Below the pieces are notes generated by a model that searched no databases, was not told the origin of the DNA, and worked only from the letters and a program-made list of their open reading frames with translations. A stretch of 64,000 bases of DNA from a virus. The stretch covers positions 64,001-128,000 of the IMG/VR virus record IMGVR_UViG_3300032092_000004; one strand, given 5' to 3'. How positions within the stretch are numbered: position 1 is the stretch's first letter; each line of letters opens with the position of its first letter. The translations under genes and the position numbers were made by a program. Shown piece by piece: positions 20,089 through 30,446 of the stretch.

Positions 20089-20642
20089 TGAAAATAATAA
20101 TATCTGATAACCAATATAGTCTTTTAAAAGAATCAGTCGCCATTAAAAACATTGAAGGTCTTAAAAAGTATTGGAGAAACCAACAAAAAAAAGGTGAACA
20201 AATTAGATTTAATAAAGAAGATTTAGAATTTTGGGGTATTACAACCAGACAGGAAAAGTATTACGCTCAACAGGCATTTCGAGAATTAGTTGGAGATGAA
20301 GAATTTACTAAAAAATTTATTAAAAAATTAATTGGTAAAACATTTTCAACAAAAGACTTCGATGAAAAAATTGTTGGTGGATATGATTTTGAGTGGGTAA
20401 TCACTGATATGGAATATATAGATTATGATTTTTATTTATATGGAAAAACATTACCGGGAGGAATTGTTACTCTTATTAGTGGTAGACACTTATCTTTAAA
20501 TGAAGCGATAAAAGATGAAGATTTAGGTTGGGAAATCCAAGAAGAAATTAGAGACGTTGTCCAAGACTCTATGGATGAAATAATTTTACCTGTTACTGGA
20601 AATGAAGTAATAGTACCATATTTTACAATATCTGAAGAATGA
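20088..20642 (+). CDS. leader-bearing hypothetical protein
   Basis: MKIIISDNQYSLLKE. Confidence 0.7.
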   Translation: MKIIISDNQYSLLKESVAIKNIEGLKKYWRNQQKKGEQIRFNKEDLEFWGITTRQEKYYAQQAFRELVGDEEFTKKFIKKLIGKTFSTKDFDEKIVGGYDFEWVITDMEYIDYDFYLYGKTLPGGIVTLISGRHLSLNEAIKDEDLGWEIQEEIRDVVQDSMDEIILPVTGNEVIVPYFTISEE

Positions 20643-21226
20643 AAATAATAATTACAGAAAAACAATATAATAAACTAACTGAGGATAAACTTCAGAAACT
20701 TTGTTATACAGTATGGAACCAACAAAAAAAGAGAGGTGAAGAACCTTATATTGATGATATAATATACGACATTACAGATATTAGAAAAAACTCAAACGAA
20801 GACTATCAAATCATTAGACCCATTTGGTATAGATATAACGGTGGGTTTAACAATTTATTTGAAAAACTTAAAAATGAAATTGATGGTAAAATATTTGATT
20901 TAGAAACTGATTGGGGTAACGTTGATACAAGAGTAGAAGTTATTAATGTAAATCAGTTTGGTAGATTAGGTGAAGATTTTGGAGTAGATATATTTGTAAA
21001 TCTAGATCCATACGGAACTATGGATTACCGTATGTACGAAGAAGGAACTGATAATGAAATTGAAGTTAACGATACAATAGATGCCGCATACCATGAGGCT
21101 ACTTTGAATTATGAAAGTAGTGATCTTCTTGGATTTTTAAGAGGAGAAGTTTATAGTCTTTTTTATGAAAAATTAGAAAAATATGGAATTCCAATTGATG
21201 TGGATGTTGATCTAAAAGAATTTTAA
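20639..21226 (+). CDS. leader-bearing hypothetical protein, probable paralogue of the upstream gene
   Basis: MKIIITEKQYNKLTE; shares W.NQQKK.GE. Confidence 0.7.
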   Translation: MKIIITEKQYNKLTEDKLQKLCYTVWNQQKKRGEEPYIDDIIYDITDIRKNSNEDYQIIRPIWYRYNGGFNNLFEKLKNEIDGKIFDLETDWGNVDTRVEVINVNQFGRLGEDFGVDIFVNLDPYGTMDYRMYEEGTDNEIEVNDTIDAAYHEATLNYESSDLLGFLRGEVYSLFYEKLEKYGIPIDVDVDLKEF

Positions 21227-21245
21227 CAATATATTTATTATCACT

Positions 21246-21485
21246 ATGGGACCAATCGAAAAAAAAATTTTAGAATTATTAAAAACAGAAGGACTTTGTG
21301 CTGAAACTGTAATGGTTTTGACTATGATTAAAAATCAAGTTAGAGAAGATGAAAAACGAATTGTCAATGAGGCATATCAAAAAGGTTATCATGACAAAGA
21401 AATGAGTCGTAGACCCACTTGGAATTACTTTGATCGTCAATACAAGTGTTACTTCTCAAATATGAAACTTGGTGAATTTAAATAA
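21246..21485 (+). CDS. hypothetical protein
   Basis: ORF. Confidence 0.6.
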   Translation: MGPIEKKILELLKTEGLCAETVMVLTMIKNQVREDEKRIVNEAYQKGYHDKEMSRRPTWNYFDRQYKCYFSNMKLGEFK

Positions 21486-21503
21486 TTTTCGTATCTTTGT
21501 GAT

Positions 21504-21794
21504 ATGGAAGACTTAAACAAACTTGAATTACCCGAAATAAAATCACTATGTAAACAATACGGGATTAGTCCCGTTGGTGACAAAAAATCTCTAATTAAAA
21601 AACTCAAATACTATTTGGATCCTGTTGAGGATGTATTAAATTCTCATCCTGGTAGAAAAATACCAAAGGATAAACAAATTGTTGGTGTCAAGGCAGATAA
21701 AAACGCTGAGATTAACCCTATATTAAAGGCTAAAGGAGTATTCCTATATTATTCTTTAGGATATAATTACTACATGGTGGATAAATCTAACTAA
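21504..21794 (+). CDS. SAP-domain-like DNA-binding protein
   Basis: LNKLELPEIKSLCKQYGISPVGDKKSLIKKL. Confidence 0.6.
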   Translation: MEDLNKLELPEIKSLCKQYGISPVGDKKSLIKKLKYYLDPVEDVLNSHPGRKIPKDKQIVGVKADKNAEINPILKAKGVFLYYSLGYNYYMVDKSN

Positions 21795-21818
21795 TGTAAT
21801 ATTTATAATAAAAAAACT

Positions 21819-22151
21819 ATGAAAAATAATATTAACGAGGAGATCCAAGGAATGAAATTTTTGTTTCACTACAAACCTGGTGTTGTTTTATCTGAACAAT
21901 TTGAAGATGAAGAATTGGAGGGTGATGAAGTTGAAGACGAGGAATTTGATTTTGATACGTTTGATACTGAAATGGACGAAAACAGAGAAATTCAAATACC
22001 TGTAAGACCTGATGTTGATACACCAACAAAACCAAAAAAACCTGGCACACCATATAGTCCTAAACCAGGACCAAAGAAAAACCCTAAAGCTAAAAAAGGT
22101 GATATGCCTGATTGGTTAAGTTTTGATGAACTTGGAATTGATTTTGAATAA
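21819..22151 (+). CDS. acidic and Pro/Lys-rich leader-bearing protein
   Basis: INEEIQGMKFLFHY..LSEQ. Confidence 0.6.
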   Translation: MKNNINEEIQGMKFLFHYKPGVVLSEQFEDEELEGDEVEDEEFDFDTFDTEMDENREIQIPVRPDVDTPTKPKKPGTPYSPKPGPKKNPKAKKGDMPDWLSFDELGIDFE

Positions 22152-22152
22152 T

Positions 22153-23385
22153 ATGAAAAATATAAATAAAAAATTATACACGGGAGGTATTCCAAAAAAA
22201 GACTTTATTAGACTTATGGAAGCCCCAATTGACTATGAAGGACCTGAAAGAATGGCTTCGGATGTTGAGGGAAAAATTATCAGTAGGAAAACCCCATATA
22301 ATGAATTTCCCGCAATCCCTAATATGGATAGAGACTTTATTGAATTAATCTCATCTAAAAGATTTAAAGACTCAGTTGAAAAAGTTAGAATGGCTATGGG
22401 AGACACAAGAGTTATCCAAGGTCAAAACGCTCTTATGCAATTGATGATGTCTGTTGGACAGGCAATGCAGAGACTTGTTATGATTCAGTCACAAAACAAA
22501 AAACAACTTGAAGATTTAGCAGTTGAACTTGTAAAAAAAGAAATGGGAATCCCTGAAGGAGCAATGCAATTCAAAGCTGAGCTTGTGATGCAACCTATGG
22601 GTGCCGCTGAAGGAATGCAAAGTAAGCCTGAAATGCCAAGTGAGGAAGAAGTTGAGGAATTAATGGGGGACATTGAAAACTTCAACTTAGAAAGGGCTAA
22701 AAGAAGATTTATCAACTCGTTAATTCAAGGAGCAGCTTTCAAAGGTGGTCACATGTATAATCTTGTAAGAAATGAGATTAATGACATCAACCCACAATTA
22801 ATGAACCTTTACGCAGTTACACAATCTTTAATGGAACATGCCTATTGGATCTTCCCTGATATGGAAGGTATGGCCGGTGGCGGTGGTGGTCAAATGGGAC
22901 AATCAGAAGTTGATGAGGAAACTGATCCACCAACAGTTAAAGCTAAGGCGGTTACATTCCCATTGCTTGTACATGAATTAGTTAAAGGTGTATATGAGAT
23001 CTTTGGTACACATGGATTACCTGACGACCCAAGACAACAAGAAATGATTTTAAAGGCTGAAGACACACTTCCTGCTGAGATTTGGGACTCTCGTTTGGGA
23101 CCTATATTTTGGGAAAAGTTTGTAGCGACATACCCAATTGAATTGTTTGATGACGATATGAAACATATCCAACATTACCTATTCATGCGTTTTTCAGCTT
23201 TAAACGCTGAAGAATTTATTAGTTTGGCTAAAAAAATCCTAAGTGGTGATCCAAAAGGACAACAAATAATCCAAAGAATGGTTGATGATATCGTTAAAGA
23301 TTTGAAAGACCAAGATTATAAAGATGCCATGGGAGATGATGATGAAGATTACGGCGATATCGATCTAAGTGATTTGGGACTTTAA
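22153..23385 (+). CDS. hypothetical protein
   Basis: long ORF, ATG at 22153. Confidence 0.7.
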   Translation: MKNINKKLYTGGIPKKDFIRLMEAPIDYEGPERMASDVEGKIISRKTPYNEFPAIPNMDRDFIELISSKRFKDSVEKVRMAMGDTRVIQGQNALMQLMMSVGQAMQRLVMIQSQNKKQLEDLAVELVKKEMGIPEGAMQFKAELVMQPMGAAEGMQSKPEMPSEEEVEELMGDIENFNLERAKRRFINSLIQGAAFKGGHMYNLVRNEINDINPQLMNLYAVTQSLMEHAYWIFPDMEGMAGGGGGQMGQSEVDEETDPPTVKAKAVTFPLLVHELVKGVYEIFGTHGLPDDPRQQEMILKAEDTLPAEIWDSRLGPIFWEKFVATYPIELFDDDMKHIQHYLFMRFSALNAEEFISLAKKILSGDPKGQQIIQRMVDDIVKDLKDQDYKDAMGDDDEDYGDIDLSDLGL

Positions 23386-23435
23386 TAAGTCCCATTTCTT
23401 TTTTATATGGAATTTTTTTCCTATAATTATTAAAA

Positions 23436-23741
23436 ATGTTAGGTATGAAAAATATTGATTGTGAGATATACATTAAACAACTAATTTCTTTTTTTGAAAA
23501 TAATCCTGGTGACTTAATGCAACTTATAGGGAACGTTCAAAAAAAAGACTTTTATTTGAAACTAAGAGAAAAATCGGAAAATAATGTTGATGAAGGATTG
23601 GATCATGTTTTATCTAGACAACAAATGATTGACATTGTCTTGGAATTGAAAATTCCTGAACTATTTGAAAAACCTAACCCTAAGGCTGTTGTTGAAGGAT
23701 ATGTCCAAAAAACAAAGTGGGGAAAAATTATTTTAAATTAA
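23436..23741 (+). CDS. hypothetical protein
   Basis: ORF. Confidence 0.55.
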   Translation: MLGMKNIDCEIYIKQLISFFENNPGDLMQLIGNVQKKDFYLKLREKSENNVDEGLDHVLSRQQMIDIVLELKIPELFEKPNPKAVVEGYVQKTKWGKIILN

Positions 23742-23796
23742 AGTTGGTATTTATTGAAAAATTATTATCTTTGTAGAGAGATAAACGAGAAACAAA

Positions 23797-23919
23797 ATGA
23801 AAACTATTGAAATAACGATACAGGAGATTTGGCAAGCAACCAGACCTATCGTGCAAAAAAGTAAGAAATCATATACTCGTAAAGTCAAACACAAAAACAA
23901 AGAAAATAATAAACTATGA
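23797..23919 (+). CDS. small basic peptide, ArfA-like (not in ORF track)
   Basis: MKTIEITIQEIWQATRPIVQKSKKSYTRKVKHKNKENNKL; TATCTTTG promoter at 23766; ATGA overlap with next gene. Confidence 0.55.
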   Translation: MKTIEITIQEIWQATRPIVQKSKKSYTRKVKHKNKENNKL

Positions 23920-24674
23920 TATACACACCAGAACTAATCAAATCAATTGCACCGGCAGTGTTTGCTACATCACCATCTTCTAAAATGACGAACAAGTATG
24001 AGTTCGTACCAACCAACGAAGTAATGGAGATCTTCGACCGAGAAGGTTGGAAACTATCATCTGTTAAACAAACAGGTAGAGGAATCCACTCAATGCACGA
24101 ATTGAAATACCGAAACAGTGAATTACCAAAAGTTGGTGACACAGTTGTAGAAGCGATTGTTAGAAACTCTCACGATGGAACCGCAACATTCTCTATGGGA
24201 GCAGGGCTATTCCGATTGGTATGTTCAAACGGACTTACAGTTCCTACGTCAGTTGCAGAGAAATTCTCAATTCGACACAATCACTTTTCATTCGACGATG
24301 TTCGAGGTTTAGCTGAGGACTTCTCTAAGAAACTCCCACGAATCGAAGAATCAGTTACCCGAATGATGGAAAAAGAGTTAACTGAAAAAGAAAAACTCCG
24401 TTTAATCAAAGAAGCTGTTAAGATTCGTTGGGCGGTTGGAAATGGACCTGAGTCTATCGACATTACAGACCTTCTAACACCGTTTCGACCTGAGGATGAA
24501 GGAAGTGATCTTTGGACTGTGTTTAATGTGATCCAAGAGAAAATGACTCGAGGTGGATTCACCTACAAAAGTCCGAGAGGAAGACAAACAACACTTCGTG
24601 GAATCAAGAGCATCCAAGCTACGAATCGTTTAAACACTAAACTTTGGGAAGCGGCAGAATTGATGTTGATTTAA
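23916..24674 (+). CDS. DUF932/DUF945 family protein
   Basis: NSHDGT, GLFRLVCSNG, LWTVFNVIQE, LNTKLWE. Confidence 0.85.
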   Translation: MIYTPELIKSIAPAVFATSPSSKMTNKYEFVPTNEVMEIFDREGWKLSSVKQTGRGIHSMHELKYRNSELPKVGDTVVEAIVRNSHDGTATFSMGAGLFRLVCSNGLTVPTSVAEKFSIRHNHFSFDDVRGLAEDFSKKLPRIEESVTRMMEKELTEKEKLRLIKEAVKIRWAVGNGPESIDITDLLTPFRPEDEGSDLWTVFNVIQEKMTRGGFTYKSPRGRQTTLRGIKSIQATNRLNTKLWEAAELMLI

Positions 24675-24680
24675 AACTAC

Positions 24681-24702
24681 GGGGGTGAAAAGCCCCCTTT
24701 TT
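24681..24702 (+). terminator. intrinsic terminator
   Basis: GGGGGT-GAAAA-GCCCCC followed by T run. Confidence 0.7.
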
Positions 24703-24707
24703 ATATT

Positions 24708-25052
24708 ATGGAAAAATTCAAACACGAAAAAAGACTTTTAGATTTTCTTGTAGAGGAAAATAAAATACTGTATTCAACAACCCAACTAACGGGTTTTATT
24801 GAACTAACACCTGAAAGTTTACTTGAAAAACCAAGATTTGAGAATTATTTATTGGACGGTATGCAATATACTGACGGGGTTTCATATTCTGATGGAATAT
24901 TTATTTATGATAACAATATTTACATATATTTATCTAAAACTGACCCATTAGTCTCTTCATTTTCTTGTAAGATATATTATCCTATAAATAGAAAAAAAGA
25001 CGTTGAGTTCTTTATATTAAACTTAAAAAAATTAAAAAAAGATGGAAATTAG
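24708..25052 (+). CDS. hypothetical protein
   Basis: ORF. Confidence 0.6.
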   Translation: MEKFKHEKRLLDFLVEENKILYSTTQLTGFIELTPESLLEKPRFENYLLDGMQYTDGVSYSDGIFIYDNNIYIYLSKTDPLVSSFSCKIYYPINRKKDVEFFILNLKKLKKDGN

Positions 25053-25356
25053 TAGCGTTGACTTACAACAAAAAATAAATGCTGGTGAAAAACTTGTGGT
25101 CGAGTTTTGGGCTGAGTGGTGTGGACCATGTAAAATGATGAAACCAATTTTTGAAAGAGTTGCATCGTCAAATGAAACTGAAGTTCAAATGTATACTCTT
25201 AATATTGATAATAACAGAGAAGTCGCTTTAAGTCTTGGTATCAGAAGTATCCCAACCGTAAAGATGTTTAATTCAGGTGAAGTAGTTGAAACAAAGGTGG
25301 GTATAATGAATGAAGGGCAGATAAAAGAAATGGTAAGTGAATTAATCAATGGATAA
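25042..25356 (+). CDS. trxA: thioredoxin
   Basis: WCGPC and SIPT motifs. Confidence 0.92.
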   Translation: MEISSVDLQQKINAGEKLVVEFWAEWCGPCKMMKPIFERVASSNETEVQMYTLNIDNNREVALSLGIRSIPTVKMFNSGEVVETKVGIMNEGQIKEMVSELING

Positions 25357-25636
25357 AATTGCAGTTGTGTTTACAATGAAGAGTTGTCCTCATTGTCACA
25401 CATTTAAAAAAATGTTAGAAGAAGCTGACATTGAATTTATTGATAGAGATATTGATGAATATGAAGAAGAATATGATATGTTTGTTGAAGTCACAGGAAA
25501 TGACTTTGTACCGGCATTCATGTTAATTGAAAATCCTGAAAGTGAATCACCAACATCAAATCTATACGCTCCTGATCGAGATTTTGAAGATATAGATGAA
25601 GGATTGCAAATAATCAAAGAATTTTACGAAAGATAA
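25349..25636 (+). CDS. glutaredoxin-like protein
   Basis: CPHC and FVPAF. Confidence 0.8.
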   Translation: MDKIAVVFTMKSCPHCHTFKKMLEEADIEFIDRDIDEYEEEYDMFVEVTGNDFVPAFMLIENPESESPTSNLYAPDRDFEDIDEGLQIIKEFYER

Positions 25637-25662
25637 AAAAACCCCTCAATTGAGGGGTTTTC
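25635..25662. terminator. bidirectional terminator
   Basis: AAAACCCCTCAATTGAGGGGTTTT palindrome between convergent genes. Confidence 0.8.
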
Positions 25663-25664
25663 TT

Positions 25665-26360
25665 TTATATTAATATTATGTCTTTTAGTCTATCTTGAAT
25701 CAAGTATGGTTTGTCTAATGTCTGATCAGTGACATCTTTTGTAAAGTCGTAGTTAGACATCCTTTCTTTAAACTCAGTAAGATCCATATCAAAACAATCT
25801 AAAACAAGACTTTCAATGGTTTTCTTTGGAACTTGAGAATCACAGATCACTTTAATTCTATAATCCTCATCTTCATTTAGATCACTTGAGTAATGAAAGT
25901 ATACCTTATCAACACCTAACAAAGAATACATTTGATTGAATATGTAATGTGAGTAATATAATATTCCTCTACCACATCCTAAACTATGACCATAAGGAAA
26001 CTCTGATGAAGTGTTTATTTCTGAAATGGGGTCTAATTCGTTAACATACAAAAATTTATTAACTGTGATCCATGCTCTTGGAAAATCTGTGATTTCTTGT
26101 TCATACTTAATGATGTCAATAATGTTAAGACTTTCTTTATTAAGTGATTTAAATAATTCTTTGTTTGATTCTATGAATTCTATTTTAAGTTCATTAAGAT
26201 TTAAAACATTACTACTTATGGTTTGACCGTTTACAACCACAAAGTTTTCACAATCTGTTACTTGAATTATTGTATTTTCTGATTTGTTGAATTTTGACAG
26301 GATGTAGTCTGCGAATAGATTCACAAAATACCGTTTTGTGTTTTTTTCTAATTTTCTCAT
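25665..26360 (-). CDS. hypothetical protein, weak S-adenosylmethionine synthetase N-terminal resemblance
   Basis: VNLFADYILSK..IQVTDCENFVVVNGQT resembles MetK CDQISDAILD..ACET..V.VAGEIT. Confidence 0.45.
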   Translation of the reverse strand: MRKLEKNTKRYFVNLFADYILSKFNKSENTIIQVTDCENFVVVNGQTISSNVLNLNELKIEFIESNKELFKSLNKESLNIIDIIKYEQEITDFPRAWITVNKFLYVNELDPISEINTSSEFPYGHSLGCGRGILYYSHYIFNQMYSLLGVDKVYFHYSSDLNEDEDYRIKVICDSQVPKKTIESLVLDCFDMDLTEFKERMSNYDFTKDVTDQTLDKPYLIQDRLKDIILI

Positions 26361-26409
26361 ATTCTTGGTTTTTATAATGAATATGAGAATTAAATGAAAC
26401 TATAAATAG

Positions 26410-27522
26410 TTAGATATATTCAGGAAACATTTCGTTGATGTTTTTCTGTGTTAAAGAGTAATCAGGGTAGTCTGGAATTCTAGCGTCAATACATTCAATT
26501 ATATCATTATTTATTAAGCCTACCAAGAATTCACTATAAGTACCGTAATATTCTAAAAACGAATCACTATAAGTTGAACCCTTGTTATTTTCTAAAAACC
26601 CTCTAATTTCTTTTACAAAATATCTAATTTTAATGTATTGAATGTAACGAGTTTTTCCGTCTTTTCCTGATATCGGAACATCATCAATTTTACCTTCAAA
26701 CAACTCATCTAAACCACCGTAAATGGCATCATAAATTTCTTGTTCGTATGCTGAATTTTCAGAGTTATAATAAAGACTTCTTAATTCTTGACCAATCTCT
26801 TCTAAATCATTACTGAACAGCTCATTAGTTGCGTCGGTATCTTTTAACAAATCGTTTAGATCTTCAGGTCTTATTCTAAAATAACCAGGAGTTCCTTGTT
26901 CTTCAGATAAGGACTCAAAAAAGTCAGAATCATAGTCATCTAAAGATAATTCAGTATTACCAATTTCTTTGTAAACAACATCTTTTAGTTTGGTTAAGTT
27001 TGTGTCGTCTAATTCAGTTACTGTCTCATATGGTAAAGCACCACTATCGTAATAACCATAATCCAAACCTTCCTCACTGAATATTTGTTCTGCAATATGT
27101 CTTACTCCTTCTCTTCTCCCACTACTCCCACAATAAAAGTTTGCCAACTCTTCTCTATTTTTTAGAAATAAATAAAAACCACCATTTCTAATTTCAACAT
27201 CGGTTAATAAATTATTAATAATAAAAAGAATTGTACCTTCATAGTCTTCATCTAATTTACGAAGTAGAAGAACATTTTTTAATTCATCAGGTGCATCATC
27301 ATAACTAAGATTACCTAAAACACCATTTTCATTCAGATATTCTATGATCTCATCATCCCACTGACGGTAACCTACTTGACCTAAATCTAATTCATCTAAA
27401 AGACCGTATTTTTTAACAAACTTAAAAAATGTAATTAAATCATTAAAATACGGCTCAATGTCGTCATCAAAATCGCCATCATTAAATGAATTAACTAATT
27501 GTCTTGCTCTATCTAAACTCAT
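26410..27522 (-). CDS. acidic hypothetical protein
   Basis: 370-aa ORF. Confidence 0.7.
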   Translation of the reverse strand: MSLDRARQLVNSFNDGDFDDDIEPYFNDLITFFKFVKKYGLLDELDLGQVGYRQWDDEIIEYLNENGVLGNLSYDDAPDELKNVLLLRKLDEDYEGTILFIINNLLTDVEIRNGGFYLFLKNREELANFYCGSSGRREGVRHIAEQIFSEEGLDYGYYDSGALPYETVTELDDTNLTKLKDVVYKEIGNTELSLDDYDSDFFESLSEEQGTPGYFRIRPEDLNDLLKDTDATNELFSNDLEEIGQELRSLYYNSENSAYEQEIYDAIYGGLDELFEGKIDDVPISGKDGKTRYIQYIKIRYFVKEIRGFLENNKGSTYSDSFLEYYGTYSEFLVGLINNDIIECIDARIPDYPDYSLTQKNINEMFPEYI

Positions 27523-27524
27523 TT

Positions 27525-27779
27525 TTAGTTGTTTTGATTCTCAGGTTCTTGATATAATACGTTAGTTTCATTTAAATTAATAGTGATATTATCAACAGTT
27601 AATAAATCACCGTTAACTTGAAAATCAGTTCTATATTGTAATACTGATCCTGAAGGAATGTTTGATGTGTCAACATCCAACCCCATAACTTCTTCACCAA
27701 TAAAGATGTTAAAGATTAAATCTTGGATTACCTCAACTGCGGTAATTGTTCTTCCGTTTAAATATTCATTAATTGTCAT
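27525..27779 (-). CDS. hypothetical protein
   Basis: ORF in minus-strand operon. Confidence 0.6.
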   Translation of the reverse strand: MTINEYLNGRTITAVEVIQDLIFNIFIGEEVMGLDVDTSNIPSGSVLQYRTDFQVNGDLLTVDNITINLNETNVLYQEPENQNN

Positions 27780-27808
27780 AATTTTGTTTTTTTATTTTTA
27801 TTTAGTTA

Positions 27809-30364
27809 CTAACTATTTAACCCATTTCCACCCAAAAGTACAGCGTTCATTTGAGTTACAGAACCACCATTAAGACCTATCCAAACCGGATGTGGAACAC
27901 TCACCAATGAAGCACTTCCATCACAAATAAGACAGTCAATATATTCGGTGTTTGCACTGATAGGTATAACATAACCATTACATATTTCACATTCTGAGAA
28001 GAGTTCTAATGCGGTATATTCTGATTCAAGAGGAACACTCAAAAGACCGGTAAATTTATATGCGTTTAAATTGGCGATTTCAGTAAAATTACCACCAACC
28101 AATATATTACCATTTGATTGTAATTTTATTGAATAAATTTCTGAGCCTTGGTTAAATCCACTACCAACGTTAAAATTTGTATCTATAGATCCATCTGAGT
28201 TTAATCTTACTATTTCACCTTCAGATAAACCATTGTATGAATTAAAAGGACCACCAGCTAAGATTTTTCCATCTGATTGTAATGCTGATGCATAAACATT
28301 ACCAGCAAATCCACTACCAATAGAAAAACTAGAATCTATTGATCCATCAGAGTTTAATCTAATAATTCTATTTCTGGATGACCCACTATAAGTTGTGAAA
28401 GTACCCACAACTAATATTTTTCCATCCGACTGAACTTCAATATCCCAAACAATACTGTTAAATCCGGTACCAACAACAAAACTAGAATCTATTGACCCGC
28501 CTGTGTTTAATCTAATAATCCTATTAATAGATACACCACTATATGATGTAAAATTACCACCAACTAATATCTTCCCGTCTGATTGTATGTTAATTTTAAA
28601 TACCGAATTGGCCGTAAATCCAGTACCAATAACAAAACTAGAATCTATTGATCCATCGGTATTTAATCTAACTATACAATTTCTACTTACACCACTATAA
28701 GAAGAAAAATAACCCCCAACTAATATTTTCCCATCTGTTTGTATTTCAATACTATTTACATTACTAGTAAATCCTGTACCAATAGAAAAACTATTATCGA
28801 TAGATCCATCGGTATTTAATCTAACGATTCTATTTTTAGTCACACTACTATATGATGTAAATAGACCACCAACTAATAACTTTCCGTCTGATTGTGGTGT
28901 AATTACGGTAACTCGGTTATTAAATCCGGTACCAATAACAAAACTAGTGTCTACTGTATAGTCGGTGTTTAATCTAATAATCCTATTTATGGATACCCCA
29001 CTATATGATGTAAAATCACCACCAACTAATATTTTTCCATCTGTTTGTGTTTGAATAGCCCATACGGAACCATTAAATCCAGTTCCAATATCAAAAAGAG
29101 GGTTTATATTGTTGAACGATTCATTCAATGCCTCGTAACATCTAAAATCTGTCGTGTATAATATTGGGTTATTATCTAAAGAATCTAATTGACAAATACG
29201 ATTGCAAAAATATCCATTAAATTTTGTGAAGGAACTACCACCAACAATTATTTTTCCGTTTGAATTTGTCACAAACGAAATAACACTACCGTCAAACCCG
29301 AAGCCAGTTACAAAACTAGAATCTATTGATCCATCAGAGTTTAATTTAATAATTCTATTTTTAGATACCCCACTATACGTTGTGAAATCACCACCAACTA
29401 ATATTTTTCCATCCGACTGAACTTCAATATCCCTAACATTATTGTCAAATCCAGTTCCAATAACAAAACTTCCATCTTTGCCACCATTAGAGTTTAATCT
29501 AACAATATAATTATCAATTGATCCACCAAATGTTATAAAATTACCACCAATTAATACCTTCCCGTCTGATTGTAATGCAATTGAAAAGACGGTAGCTTCA
29601 TCTATACCGGTACCACTATTCCATGATACGTCTCTTGTTCCATCTGAATTTAATCTTACTATACCAGAACCAATATAAGCTCCATTATATTGAGTAAATC
29701 CACCACCAACAATTATTTTTCCGTCTGGTTGGTATTGAATTGCGAAAACAGATCCATCACCCCCTTCACCATAAGTATTATAAAATCCTGAACCGGTATT
29801 AAATGTATTATCTATCGATCCATTAGTATTTAATCTTATTAAACTCGCACCTACTGATACCCCACTATAAGAAGTAAAATAACCACCAACCAATATCTTT
29901 CCGTCCGATTGTAACTCAAGATCATAAGGGGGTAAATTCAAACCGGACCCAATACTAAAACTGTTGTCAATAGACCCGTCTGTGTTTAATCTAATGATAT
30001 AATTTCTGGCAACACCACTATACGATGTAAAACCACCAACAACTAATATTTTCCCATCTGTTTGTACTTCAATATCACTTACATACGATGTAAAACCACT
30101 TCCATTAACAAAACTATCATCAACAGAACCATCAGTATTTAATCTAACAATATAATTTTTGGCAACACCACTATAAGAAGTAAAATAACCCCCAACTAAT
30201 ATCTTCCCGTCTGATTGTAACTTTACACTATTAATTTGATTGTTAACCCCAGACCCAATATCAAAACCAACATTTGGAATACCTGGTAATGGAATCGATA
30301 AATCCCCTCCATCAATATATTTGTTTTCGCCTGTTAGGCAAGATTCGCAGTAGTATGTACTCAT
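27809..30364 (-). CDS. delta-60 repeat (DUF5122-like) double beta-propeller protein
   Basis: 14 repeats of Q.DGKILVGG.F...I.RLN.DGS.D..F..G.GF in two sets of 7. Confidence 0.88.
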   Translation of the reverse strand: MSTYYCESCLTGENKYIDGGDLSIPLPGIPNVGFDIGSGVNNQINSVKLQSDGKILVGGYFTSYSGVAKNYIVRLNTDGSVDDSFVNGSGFTSYVSDIEVQTDGKILVVGGFTSYSGVARNYIIRLNTDGSIDNSFSIGSGLNLPPYDLELQSDGKILVGGYFTSYSGVSVGASLIRLNTNGSIDNTFNTGSGFYNTYGEGGDGSVFAIQYQPDGKIIVGGGFTQYNGAYIGSGIVRLNSDGTRDVSWNSGTGIDEATVFSIALQSDGKVLIGGNFITFGGSIDNYIVRLNSNGGKDGSFVIGTGFDNNVRDIEVQSDGKILVGGDFTTYSGVSKNRIIKLNSDGSIDSSFVTGFGFDGSVISFVTNSNGKIIVGGSSFTKFNGYFCNRICQLDSLDNNPILYTTDFRCYEALNESFNNINPLFDIGTGFNGSVWAIQTQTDGKILVGGDFTSYSGVSINRIIRLNTDYTVDTSFVIGTGFNNRVTVITPQSDGKLLVGGLFTSYSSVTKNRIVRLNTDGSIDNSFSIGTGFTSNVNSIEIQTDGKILVGGYFSSYSGVSRNCIVRLNTDGSIDSSFVIGTGFTANSVFKINIQSDGKILVGGNFTSYSGVSINRIIRLNTGGSIDSSFVVGTGFNSIVWDIEVQSDGKILVVGTFTTYSGSSRNRIIRLNSDGSIDSSFSIGSGFAGNVYASALQSDGKILAGGPFNSYNGLSEGEIVRLNSDGSIDTNFNVGSGFNQGSEIYSIKLQSNGNILVGGNFTEIANLNAYKFTGLLSVPLESEYTALELFSECEICNGYVIPISANTEYIDCLICDGSASLVSVPHPVWIGLNGGSVTQMNAVLLGGNGLNS

Positions 30365-30398
30365 TTTCCTTTTAATTTATAAATATCAAGAAATAAAA

Positions 30399-30424
30399 AA
30401 AGGTGTCCCAAAATGAAACACCTT
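30399..30424 (-). terminator. possible terminator
   Basis: AAGGTGT..ACACCTT inverted repeat preceded by an A run. Confidence 0.5.
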
Positions 30425-30446
30425 ATTATTCGATGATACGCAAATA

